64,000 nucleotides of DNA from Trichoplax adhaerens (Eukaryota; Animalia; Placozoa): the NCBI RefSeq assembly GCF_000150275.1, contig NW_002060943.1, forward strand, positions 11,346,878 through 11,410,877, read 5' to 3'. Below the pieces are notes generated by a model. That model had not been told where the DNA came from and did no database searches. It saw only the letters and a list, made by a program, of their open reading frames with translations. Both the position numbers and the translations under genes were made by a program. Below, piece by piece: positions 38,501 through 51,139 of the stretch; position 1 is the first letter of the stretch; each line of letters opens with the position of its first letter.

Positions 38501-41344
38501 GATAAACATATTTCCGATAGTACAGGTTGTAGAGGCTCAGTACTATATATATTTGTTTTGACGAAAGAAAAATCTCGACCTTGGCGATTTAGTGAAAGTT
38601 GAATACTGGACGCGGTTGGCGTTTGGTGTCCGATGGTCGGATGCTGTTGCAAACGGTTTATATCGTCCCTGCCCTGTAGAGGATGAACTTGTTGAGCAGG
38701 CATGTGTGGTATTAGCGTAGAAACTGGCGTGTTTCGATGATGCGAAATTATACTAGAATTGACAGGTGGAGGAGTATAACTTCGAAAAGGTGATAGGGCT
38801 GCGGAATGATGGAGATTCTGTGATTTTGTCGTAAGATTATGCAGTCGCTGATCGGTAAAATTAACGGACGCTAATGGGTCTGTGTTGAAGGAATCAGATG
38901 TATTCTATACAACAATAACGAAGATAAATATAATTACATACTATATATAAATTTAAAGAAAGGCAGAATTACACGCGCTAACCTCAGTTTTTAATTTTCG
39001 TGGTTGCCAAAGAGAATGCTTATTTCTATTTTTATCAAAAATAAGAATGAACTCAGGTTCTCTTATGGTGGTGACGACTTGATATTCAGGACCATAAAAA
39101 TATTTTGATTCACCGCCTAAACAATAAGAGAATCATCAATAAATTTAAATTACTTAATTTTTTAGCCAGAAAAAATTTATGAAATACACTTGTACAAAAA
39201 TATAAAGTTAATACAGGGCATTGTGATAGCTGCAAAAAAGTTAGCTTACTTTCAAGATTGATGAATACCGGATGAGGTTCGTCGATTGGATTTGAGATCG
39301 TGTACAACTCGGGTATTCGTTTACCATGTCTATGATATAGTACAATAGCCAGATGTATTTGCATTATTATAATACGGAAAGGTTAAATTGGATAGTGAAT
39401 AATTTTAGCACTCGAGCTACAGAATGATGTATGGCTAAGACTAAAGATATTGAAATAAACAGTATCTATATTACTTTTCATATTCTGATTCTGTAAATCG
39501 TCTTTGTATTAAAAGGCCGGTGGATATATTCCAAACGTGTTGTACCTATTTAAGTGTTGAAGATTAATGCTTTAAATTGTAAATTGATGTACAGAAACGA
39601 ATTATAAAATACCAAATTGGACAATTCACAAAGACCTTACGTAAAATAAATACTATCAGCTGCATAAGCTACGGTAAATCGATAAAGTTTCTGTCAGTTT
39701 TTATAAAGTTCCACAGAGTACTTACCGGAAAAGGCGTTGAGCTGGTAAAGAAAGATCCATCCTCTGCGTAAAAACTTATAAAGTTTTGCTCAATAATGCA
39801 TAATTTTTGATTTTTAGCCCCATGATGACCTAAAGAGAAGTCATTCAATAATCGTTTTAGCTATAATGATACAGTTCATCAAGTATGATCGCAGTTAAGA
39901 TAGAAATTTTTCATTTAACTGCAATATATAACGTTTATAGTGATAAAGTACAGCTATTCATACGTTTTGTATTTGTGTCTTCTGAAAAGGTACACCAAAG
40001 CACCTATTGAATATAAAATAGTCAAAGTATCAAATGTAATAAATTTAGCATACTTAAAGATAGCGTCTTACTGACGTCGATTATTGGCGTTTCCACGGTA
40101 AAAGTTTTGACGATTTTGTTCGTATCGCCTATGCCACTAAAGCTTAGGACAACAGTCTTATCGCATACATAGATCTAATACAAGTATATAATAAATTTCG
40201 TGACCACATTGCAATATATTTGCTGAAGAGCTTTAATTTGATAAGATCACACTGGGATGACCTAATAAATTTTCTTCTTGATTTAGCATCATAGTATTTT
40301 ATTTTAACTACTATTATATGCAGCTTTAATATTTGCATAATTCTTTCTTTTAATATTGCTTCTAAATACATACGTGTCTGTAATATGTGCGCACATGATG
40401 ATATTTTTAACATTACAAACGCTATTCTCATAAACATATTCATTAAATTAATAAGATTAGATTATATCGATGACGTACTTCCTTCTCTGTAGCTACATTC
40501 CCTCCATCTTGGTCGTCTGCGTAACATGTAACTTTCCAAAAATCCTAAATGAGCGTTGTATATTGATAAATTGACTTTACTGTATATATAATATTAGACT
40601 ATGGAACTATCATAAAAAAAATTATCATGGTTTATGGTAGCCAATGAATCTATTTCCATAGCTAAGATCGAAAACAAATAACTTGTAAATTCCGATTAAC
40701 AGTAGATTTTATGGATATTTTGATGGGTTAAAATGACCTTCACTGCTTGTGACTGGTTCAGTTGAAATTTGTGCACATTTACTTGAATAGTACTGTAACG
40801 TACACGAATGTGGTTTGAATTATAATAACTCAGATTGATCGTTTGCAAATAATGGGTTAGAAACTCTGAGATTCTAGATAGAGCTATAGGGTTCAATTAT
40901 ATTATTGGGTATAAAAGTCATTCGCCGTACGCATGCTGTGCCCATAAAATTTATTATACGAGTATGAAACTATAGTACGCAAATATTTTACTAATCTGCA
41001 AACTTTTACAGAAAGATGAAAGATTTTTTCAGCACTGTACAGTATTACATTCAAGTCTTTCGATAGCTATATTCATTACTTTCTGGACAGTGTCCGAATA
41101 TTGCAAAAGTACATATCAATATTGAATCGGTATACTACAAGAACAAATGCAGATGCAAACATACACGTACATTATCTTATGCAAGTGATGAATGATATGT
41201 TAAAAATAGTATCTATCTACACTATATATACGTCATATTTATTTTGGTAGAAACCTTCTGTTCTTGGTGACCGTTTTCATCGTTTTTACCAAGCGGATGT
41301 CGATCTCGATAGTAAATCTTTCCATTTGGTATAAAGTCTTCCAT
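29597..41344 (-). CDS. ANAPC1: Anaphase-promoting complex subunit 1, multi-exon
   Basis: Starts MEDFIPNGKIYYRDRHP (cf. human LQEFVPFGRDHCKHHP). Contains WPLFHNGVAAG, HAGFLMALGLSGHL, GACMAIGFRFAGSAN and YHLQALRHLYALA PC-repeat segments. Ends ETVLRVLPVIKMISSNKDNMDYE*. Confidence 0.95.
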
Positions 41345-42604
41345 CCTCGTTAATTCAAGCACAAAGGTCTATTTGTAATGGGGTATTTCTCTGTTCGAGA
41401 TTTAAGAAAGTAGACAACAGAAAATAGCTTATTAGTGGATTAGCATTAGCGCAATGTCAATATGCTATAAATGAAATCTTGCAGATAGAGCTTGCAGTAT
41501 AATAGAAAAATAGGAAGTCTAACCAGAGCATAGAGTACCATTACTGTATCTATCAGTATACAATACTGTAGATAGTATAGTACAAGTCACTGCTGGTATT
41601 TTTTCTACTGTGCAAAAATCTAGGCAATCATGGATGGTATAACAAACTTCTTGGAGATTCAGAACAATGATATGTAAATGGATAGTCAAACATGAGACAC
41701 CTCCATCTTTCAACTTTACGTATTTTTATGTGGTAATATTTTATAGTCCATCGTTGGGAGTTGGGATCAACTTATGAATAAATTGGGAAATTATCTCCTA
41801 CATATTGACTACTATACAAGTTTGACACTGAGGTCAAATGACCTCATTGTGTTTATAAACTCTATAAAGATGTCTTTCTAGCTAGTAAAAAGACATTAGC
41901 AGATATCTAGTAGGAGCATTGAAGATGTAGTACAATTACAGGTTGATCGAGTTCAAGTGAAAATTTCGATTGGTACATGATACTAAAAGATTGAAAGTGC
42001 CCATTTATGTATGATTCTAAGAAGGAAAGGTAAAGATCTTATTGAGTAGTCATTAATAATAATATATTGTACAGTACTACTACTGTACATTGGCATCTAT
42101 CTGTAAGATAAGCAAAAACACTTTCTGCAATGATTAACTTGGTGGTGCTCTATCCAGATAGCTCAAAAACACAAATATGATTTCAAAGTGGTAATATTAA
42201 TCTACAACTGGGTAAAAACAGTAGAAATAGCCAAGACATACTCTAGATAATACAGAAATAACAGTCATTTATTTATTGTAATCATGGACTATCTTAAGTT
42301 ACATTGAATTTTAGTCAATAATCTGCACAGTCGCACAACTCTACTTTCTACTGCTTGTAGGTAAAACGTTGCCAATTTGCATCACAAGAAATCAACTCAT
42401 TGGATAGTTGATATACGTACCACGCAGCTAGTCCCAATTTTTCCGAAGTAGTTACGGGTTGCCTTTTAATTGAATTTTATGTTCTATGGCAAGGGATTCA
42501 ATTTGCATTCATACCAAGAGCAATGTTATAACCTGGAAAATGGATCGATTTGGAAGGCGAGAAAATCAATCTCCATTCACAGCTCATTGGTCGATCTAAA
42601 GGAC

Positions 42605-43130
42605 GATACTGTATTCTCTACCGTACTATACCGTAAAGATTGGGGGGGGGGTACTGTACCGTCAGTACAGTATAGTGCACTGTTTCAGTGAGGAGTCTAC
42701 AGCTAGTACAATAGTACAACAGTCAGATAATTTGATTTTCGCGCCAGATGCAACCTTTCAGTGTGTACAGTACTCTCTTACGATGTATGTACTGTGAAGT
42801 AGTACTGTACACTGTACTGTCCACTGCCAACAGGTACAGTACAGTACAGTACAGTACTGTACTGCATTGTACTGTACTGTACTGTACTGCATTGTACTGT
42901 ACTGTACTGTACTGCATTGTACTGTACTGTACTGTACTGCATTGTACTGTACTGTACTGTACTGTACTAGCATGGACCTCTACAGTACAGTACTGTACTG
43001 TACAGTACTGTACACTACTGTACTGTAGGTCTACAGTACTGTAGCATGGGCCAAAGGCCGTATCGGTACTGTACTGGTACCGTAAATACGATACAATTTT
43101 AATCTTCAAGGTTAAAGCGGAACCTGTACT
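42605..43130. repeat. Large TACTG/CAGTA microsatellite array with internal inversions
   Basis: (tactg)n with periodic tgcat interruptions at ~42855-42967, flanked by opposite-orientation (tacag)n. A G11 run lies at 42642. Confidence 0.95.
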
Positions 43131-44499
43131 GGCAACGATGAGCAACGATGAGCTCTAATGTTAATAGCCCAAAACCCAAGATGTCATTTTTCAGGTAAGC
43201 AAAGACATATTATTCTACCTCTGGCATACTGGTCTTGTCGAACAGAAGTACAAATTTCATTAAAAACTGCTACAAACAAGCACTACTTTCATTGTGTCTT
43301 GTGTTAGCCTGAAGCAATGTCTGTATTGTATACATTATATATGGATATACGAGTATGCGGGTATACAAAGTACCAGTATGGACTCCTACTACAAGAGCAC
43401 GAGCATCGGCCATTGCAGTCTATAGCTAAGATGAAATGAAGCATTTAGGCAGATATTTAGCCATAGTTAGCTAGATACCATATGATTACAAAATAGGATA
43501 CTCAAGCTTGATTGTGATAGTAGACACAAACATCAAACTTGTAGAAAGGATGAAAAGGAACCTGTTGGCAAAGTAGGCTGTTTTGAGATATCAAGGATGC
43601 GAGCCATTCTCTTGACAAATTCATTTGCAGAAGTACAGTGTTAATTAATTGTAACTAGCATACAACCCACTCTCTATAATAATTAGAAAGTAGTAAAATG
43701 ACAAATCTATGACTGGTGAAATGATTGCATTTAAAAAATATGTACACAACTTGAATAATACAATTAGTCGGGTAACAGGATACTTCATGCAGTGATCGTC
43801 AATTTGTTATGATGGAATGATCTAGGCCTTGCAGTCGTCATCAAATCTTTCCCATCCTCTGTGGGTGTAAAGGCTTTATTTACACCTAATAGTAGGGATA
43901 AGCGTGGTAGTAACTCGTTCTACACATATTTATTTTCGTAAAATTTTGTTAATATTATACTGTACCAATAAATTTCCTGTTCAGAATTTTGCTCGTTGCA
44001 CGCCCAATACCGCATCGAAAGTGATGACTATCATCATTTCGATGAAATTATTTACTGTACTTTGGCATCTCGCTGATTCATTCCTATGACAATAATTAAT
44101 GGAAATTGACAATTTACAATTCGAAAACTCATCGTTTCTTTTCGGACTGTATAATTTAATGTGCGTTAAATTATTTACAATCAGTAACCAAGATCTGAAG
44201 CTTTATAGTCATAGTAAACTTACTATTGATATACGAGTATTAGGGACTGCTAGAGGTTGCTCGAGTATATTGCCTCTTAATGATATGGTATTTATTGACT
44301 TTTAATACGCATTGGAAGATTAATTTAAAAATTTCTTAAACAGATATATAGGGTTGGGTATCGTTCTTTCCTCAGCCGTATTATTCTTACTTGTCAATAC
44401 CGGAAGTATCGTCAATAAGCCAAAAAATTCGATTAAATCTACAGTAAGAAATTTATTGCTCTTTCCCCACTAAACGTAAATTGCTTTAAATTACTGAAG

Positions 44500-45345
44500 A
44501 TGTAGAGATGAAAGCCATTAGTTAAAACCTAATTAAAATATTTTAAGTGATAATATCCACAATCGTGCTGCTGTGTTAATGTATCAAGTGCTTAATTATG
44601 CTAACTATTTAGTCAGTTTTACTTTCAGCTTTATAGTTATTCATTTCTTTCTTTCTTAAAAGCAAAATACTTCAAGATGGGATGAATAAATCATTGGATC
44701 CTTCCTTCCTTTCAATATTTTAAATGGAATCACTTAAGCTTTCTTCTCCGTATTGTTTGAAAAAGTGTGATACAGAAAATGAATTCAATCTATAATTTAT
44801 CTGCTCTCACTTTTACGATATGAAAGCTATTAGAGTAATGCATTTATCTTTGATGTTATCCGCTATCTATCTCTAATGTCTTTTTATTCCCACTAATTTA
44901 TAATTACATCGCTGAAGGCTAAATGTTGTAAATACTTATTGTATTGTGTCTTCAATAAAATGTGATAACAGCCCTGCAACTAGTGTTCCACATTCTATTC
45001 GATTTGACCATTTTGACATAAATTCGATTCAATTCGAAATTTGTGCAAGTAAAATTCGGTTTATTTTTACGTGAATATACAATAAATAGTCATTTGAAAT
45101 TGTATATTTGTAAATTTATTGGCGTATACCATTATAATATTAGTTCTATAGAGAGAAAATAAAGAATTTCATATCAAGCAACTAGTAAATAGACATCATT
45201 TATGACAGATGTTAAAACGTTCATTTGCAAAATAGCCAATGTGCCGTGTTTGGTAAATGCCCGTGTATGTCAAAACGCTATTAGGACCACTATAATTTAT
45301 AATTGCAATATAGAATTAATAACAAAGGTCAAAGATACAAATACA
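44500..45345 (+). repeat. Diverged direct copy of the calcineurin B 3' flank (partner ~51140-51945)
   Basis: Shared collinear blocks agcaaaatacttcaaga, aaaagtgtgatacagaaaa, tattagagtaatgcatttatctt, gagagaaaataaagaatttcatatca and tttggtaaatgcccgt. Confidence 0.92.
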
Positions 45346-45759
45346 GGATAATATGTTTAAATCTTGTTATGTAACAGCGATAAATACTACGATATATCTA
45401 AATCTTGCTACAATTCTGATATCTTAGTATGTTTCAGTCTTAGCATAATTCATAATGCATGTTTTATTTGCAATCTTAGCTTAACTCTTATACTCTATGA
45501 TGTGTTGCAATCTTAATACTCTATGATAAGTTGAAATCTTTGTGGAGTTCTAATACTGAGCGATATTTTGTAATCATTGCGCAACTCAAATTTGTCGCAA
45601 TCTTAGGGTACCGTACCCTGACACTCTGATATGTAGCACTATTAGTGCAACTCTGATGTATTACTATGATTTAGTTCCAATTCATTTTATTTCAACTACT
45701 ATTACATGCAGCTTTATTATCTGTGTCTTTCTTTTCAATGTTGATTCCATAACGTGCCT

Positions 45760-46382
45760 ATCCGTGACGTGCACACAAAATTATAAAATTCTTAATATTA
45801 AGAGTAGGATTCTCATCAACATATTCATCAATAACATTAGGTCATATCGATCGCGTATTTCCTTCCCTATAGCTATATTTCCTTTATCTTGGTCGTTTAC
45901 GTAATATACCCTTAGCTTTCAAAAAAATCCTAATATATTGTACATTTATAAATTGAGTATCTTAATATATGAAAAATTCACTTTATTGCATAAAATAGGT
46001 TCGTCTTATAACTACCAAGAAATATCTGGCTACAATCAGATTATCTAAGTTACTACAGCAAAATTCATCATTGATATATGTTACAATCAGCTATAGAATT
46101 TTTTTAGCAACACAATGAATTTATTGTCATAGTTAAGATCGAAATAAATAACTTATAAATTTTGATGAATTGTAGATTTACGTATATTTTGATAGATTAA
46201 AACGGTCATTAATGTTTATGAGTGGCTTAGTAGATACAACAAGAGTATCATTAATTGAGGTTGGTGTACATTTACTAGAATAGTATTGTATGTGTATGTG
46301 GTTTGAATTATGATAACTCAGATTAATTGTTTGCCAATAATGGGGTAGAAATTTACGATTCTAGATAGAACTATAGGGTAAT
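45760..46382 (-). pseudogene. Decayed direct copy of an ANAPC1 5' fragment (partner ~40380-40897), including the second coding exon
   Basis: Collinear matches such as atcttggtcgt, taagatcgaaa.aaataactt and tgtggtttgaattat.ataactcagatt. The exon copy is frameshifted, contains stops and has lost its GT donor. Confidence 0.85.
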
Positions 46383-46984
46383 AATAGCCTCTGTGACAGA
46401 TTTATTGCATTACATCTATCTAAATGTGTCATATATGATATGTACAAGTATGCAATCAACGCTTGTAACACTTCTATGTAGATCTTTGCATCGTTCTTAA
46501 AAATGATTGCTATATGATGAATGCAAATTATTGTAATCAGTAGCTTTCACTTTACAAATAAGAATTACTATTTCAAGTCAACAATATCTTTAATTAATTA
46601 AGCATGTACAATATTCTGCACTATATCAACTACGCACAATTTTATTATAGCCAGTTAGAGGTACAACTACAGCTCATCTTAACACAATCTGACTACATTT
46701 TACAGTTAATTTCTCATAAAAAGATTTTTTAATTAATAAATTAACCCAACTTCCAAATAATAATAAACAACAAAGCAACTTAAAAACACGTTTGAGAATA
46801 TGTTAATTAAACATAATGATTGAGCCCAAATATTATTGCAACAGTTACCATGTTCATAATATCAAATTAATTAATAAGCTATATGATTATCGTCGCTCAG
46901 TAGTAATATAATTTAGACATATACAAGTACTAGAATGCGTATATTAGGACCGATTGATATCACAAGAACAGGGACTAATTGAAG

Positions 46985-47445
46985 TTTTTAAAGTTTAGTT
47001 ATAAATTTGGATATTATTGCTATTAATCTCAGATAAATTTATCGCCCAGATTTCTACAAAGTAGAAAGACAGTAACAACATACTGCATGGTCCTAGTGCA
47101 AAACAAGATTTCATTAATATTTACATAGCGCTAATAAGTTATTTTCCTTCGTCTTGTTTCTAAAATTTTTAACAGGAGGAATACTCTAGCTCTACCTTAA
47201 AGAATCGATTGTTGCACCTAAATTAACGAGGATGGAAGGCTTTATACTGAATGGAAAGATTTACTTTCGAGGTCAACATCCCTTTGGTAATGCGGTGAAA
47301 CTGTTCAACAATGTCCAATAAATTATGTAGCGCTACAGGCTGCACCTTATTATTAAGAGATAGATTTCTGGACGATAAACTCCCAATAAATAGCCCTCGA
47401 TGAATCTTATCTTCTGTATAACGAATTACAATTGGAAATTTAGCA
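46985..47445 (+). pseudogene. Inverted decayed copy of the ANAPC1 first coding exon and flanks (partner ~40985-41695)
   Basis: 47232-47321 encodes MEGFILNGKIYFRGQHPFGNAVKLFNNVQ* versus ANAPC1 MEDFIPNGKIYYRDRHPLGKN. The flanking intron sequence also aligns in reverse complement. Confidence 0.88.
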
Positions 47446-48007
47446 ATAGTATATACTGTACATATAATTATAAGATACAATAGATACAATTAACAAACGA
47501 ATTATGTATGACAATGAATAATGCATACATATTTTAGGGGTTAGTATGTTTATTTAGGACTAAATCGTTTGAAACAATTCATGATTTAAACAGTCGGACA
47601 TCCTCTTAATCCCTTTGGGTGAATTACATGTCTATGAGTATTTAGAAAAGAAATAGACTAGAGCCGAATCTAGAGTTAGAGTTGCTACGACATGTGCCAT
47701 ATATCCATGAGAATTAAACGCTTGCTCGAACTGGGAGCTAATTATACAGTGCACGATACGTAGTTGTCAATCATTAGGAGTTCTCGGCTTATCAAATGTC
47801 AATCATTTATTGACGCCTTTATGATCAACTCTAAGAAGCAATTAAGTATGATTATTAAGTTAATTGAGTCTAAACTGCTATCTATTAAACATGATTGTAC
47901 ACTGTTTCAGTTAAAAGTCCATTAATAGAGATTGGTACTTATATTGGAAAAATCGAAGAAGTTTATTTAAGGGTTAACCGATAAGAACTCGTTAAGATTG
48001 GATCAAG

Positions 48008-48388
48008 ATGAGTAGAATGGCTCATATTTTGATAAAAGATCTCACCATGCAGGCCTTTGTTGGTATTCGCGAAGAGGAATTTCGCAATCCTCAAACTGTT
48101 GTATTATCCCTAAAAATATTTACAGATATTAATTTAGCACGGCAAAAGGATGATATTCACTATACTCTGAACTATGTCAAGGTGATTGAGGAAATTAGAT
48201 TAATAGTTAAAAGACAACACCATAAATTATTGGAATATCTTGGGGGTGATATTATCTCTCATCTCTTTGCTTCGTTTGATGCAATCCAACATATTGAGCT
48301 AAAAGTAATAAAACCGAAGGTTGTTCCCGATACAAAAGAAGTCGGTGTTTTAATCAGTCAAGATCGAAGCTCATATGAAGCGCAGTGA
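48008..48388 (+). CDS. folB: Dihydroneopterin aldolase / dihydroneopterin-triphosphate epimerase (FolB/FolX T-fold family), intronless
   Basis: 126-aa ORF with family motifs IKDL..FVGIREEE..Q, DD..TLNY, LLEYL and IKP..VGVLI. Residues equivalent to DHNA catalytic Glu, Tyr, Glu and Lys are present. Confidence 0.88.
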   Translation: MSRMAHILIKDLTMQAFVGIREEEFRNPQTVVLSLKIFTDINLARQKDDIHYTLNYVKVIEEIRLIVKRQHHKLLEYLGGDIISHLFASFDAIQHIELKVIKPKVVPDTKEVGVLISQDRSSYEAQ

Positions 48389-51139
48389 AATTTTACCACG
48401 AAAATCATAATGGTCAAATAAGATCAAGTGCAATGCAGAATCTATTATTTGCTCGATTTTAAGAAGTTTTGAAATAATTTTTTGCTATTTAGCATTGAAC
48501 CTCGTTTTCAAGTTAACATTAGAAATTAGAACAAAGGTAAATTAAAGACAGAAGTTATACCTCCTGTCATACGTAGAAAATAGCAAAACAAAGCTAGATA
48601 TTGTAACATAATATACAATCACATTCTGTTTAGCACTGTGTTACGGTGTTGCCTTGTCATTAGGATAGTTTAATAAGTACAGTAGTAGCTAGTATGGAGA
48701 ATATCCATATTTGTAGTGCTAGGTAGATAAATAATGCCTTAACGTGGATGTTGGTTGTAATAGTTCATTACATACTTGATATTGATTATTATTGTGTGAT
48801 AGATAGCAGTAAGATGATTTAAGTTCTTGTTGATGATAGTTGAATTAGACAACCTACGAGCTTAGATTAAGATTAAGCATGAGTAAGAGATTCAAAATAT
48901 TTACTGATAGAAAAGCTATGTAAGGAACATCTCAGTTCGAGATGTTTCTCCTAGTAAGGTATAATAATAATACTGTTGTTGTTTAAAAATTAGACGGTTC
49001 CTATATAAACGGGAAAATTGAGTTGAATGGTGTGGTAAGAAGTTGTAGATGTATCTTTGCTAACAAAAGTTTCATCTTTACAGTCCTTTGCTTTGTGTGT
49101 TTAACGTTAAGTAAAAGGGCGTTTAAGTCAGTAGCTACTTATAGACTTTTACTGTACGTTACCTTGTCGCAGAAGTGAAATTGTGACACAATGATACCAT
49201 ATTAACTGTAAGTAAGTTATGTGATAGATATATTATACCAGCTAGCCAATCACTATGTAGCATAGGCAACTATAAAAGAAGACTGTCTAGCGAATATTAG
49301 TTAGTTACGCATTACACATGAATACGGGCGAGTTCGGCTAATAAATACTTTATATTTGTATCTATTGACTCCTTTTCCTGCCTTTAATTTACAAAGCCAG
49401 GGAATATCATTACAGATATCGAAGAAAATCAAATTATACTGTATTTTTAAGACGGAACGAGATAAGAAAGATGGAAAAGCTGGAATATTCCGGATGGTTA
49501 CGATATCTACAATTCCGTGTTATATATATTAATAAAGTTTTTTCTTTGAGATCGTTGCATTGGGAAGTGATACCTTAACCAAACCATCGACAGGTGTAGG
49601 TGTGGTACGGTTTGGTGAGCCTTTGAGCTAAATATGGTCCTTGCAAGAACAGTTCGATCGAGACAATGTATAATCGATTGCCGAATGTGCTGCACACTAC
49701 ATATACATTACACACGATATCTATAAATCAATGTAATTTACGAGGCTAATTATAATGCTATCTGTTGTGTATTTTCGTGGGGAACAGGTTCGAACTCAAA
49801 GAAATACACGTGCTTCTTTTTCTAGGCTACAAGCTAACTTTATTTCGCATTACTTCTGTATACATATTATCGTTTAACAGTATCTATAGATACGAACCGA
49901 GTCAGTCAAACAGTGCTACCTTACTATACTAACATTAACTAAGTCTAAGATTCAGATATATGACACTATCCTGTAGCTAGCTAACATTCACTGTCCTCGT
50001 CCTCGCCAGTACCTTAAAACAAAGTTATGACTATTTTCTCTAAACACTGATCCAATCATTGTGTGCTTCATTCTGTTGGATCTATTTCTACTGAGTAAGT
50101 AAGTACAAAGTAGCGATCTCTTTTAAAGAGGCATTAATCAAAAACAATTTTCTTCTGAGGATATAAAGTAAATCTTAAAACTTTACTATCTTTGGCACTA
50201 TGTGGCGAACAACTCCAATTGGGCAAGGTTATTATAAGGCTCCGATCCTAATAATAATACAAAACTATGAGATCAATTTATCGGACTTGCATAACGTTTT
50301 GAGTAGGATTAAGCGCTTGTTTTCAATTATGTGTGTTAATAATTTTCATAAACGACAACAGGTCATTATTAGACTAACAAAATCTTCGTAGATCAGCATA
50401 AAAAGCAATTAAATTGCTGTGCTTAAATACATTACATTCATCTTTATGAATACAATAGTTAAAACAAGGCAGAATGGGGCATATTTTTCACCTGGAACAC
50501 AGAAGATACGTCATACTGTACTATGAAAAAAAAAGGCCTAATCATTTACGTCCTAGAGATATACTATCGCCGTGGCAGTGCAAATATCCATATCTTGATA
50601 ACAGCAGTCCCATTCTTCTCCAGAAGTAATTGCACGTTTGATGTATCGTTTTAAATATCATGTATTAGGGGAATATCTCTTATCCGACTTCAGTTTTGCA
50701 GGCCAATAACTCATTCTCTAATTGCAGAGAAACTTCCATATTTAAACAGGATATAAAAGCTCAGAAGCGAAAAAACTATAAAAATTCAGCTGTTATATTT
50801 AGAGATGGTAGATTGCTTAATACGATGAATGATTAACATCAACAATTTGCAATCCAATCAGCAATTGTTTCTTTTCAAAGAATAATCTGATGTACGATAA
50901 ATGAATTATTTACAGTCAGTAACTAAGATTTGAAACTTCATAGTCGCAGTAAAGTTGTGTCTCGTATTATTGGTTAATTGCCATGCAATGAAATGATCTA
51001 TTGACTCTATGCTTTGTAAGCTAATTTAACAGTTTATTAAAGATAAATATGTGGAATTGGATATCGCACTTTTCCCAGTCTTTATTATTGCTTATCAGCA
51101 TCGAAAGCACAGTCAGTAAACCAAAATATAAATAAATAA

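Noticed and set aside
42840-43040. CRISPR-like regular repeat
   Set aside because: Simple microsatellite with no unique spacers and no cas genes, in a eukaryotic context.
42723-43145. Overlapping ORFs rich in YSTVQ/YCTVL (also 12479-13179 and 56757-56988)
   Set aside because: They are translation artefacts of the stop-poor TACTG pentamer repeat, open in several frames on both strands.
48419-48430. TAAGATCAAGTG matching part of U2 snRNA
   Set aside because: The match stops at 12 nt; the branch-pairing GTAGTA and the rest of U2 are absent.
49507-49695. Slightly GC-rich ORF downstream of folB as a second transferred gene
   Set aside because: No folK/folP or other recognisable motif in the translation provided; short, with a non-ATG start.
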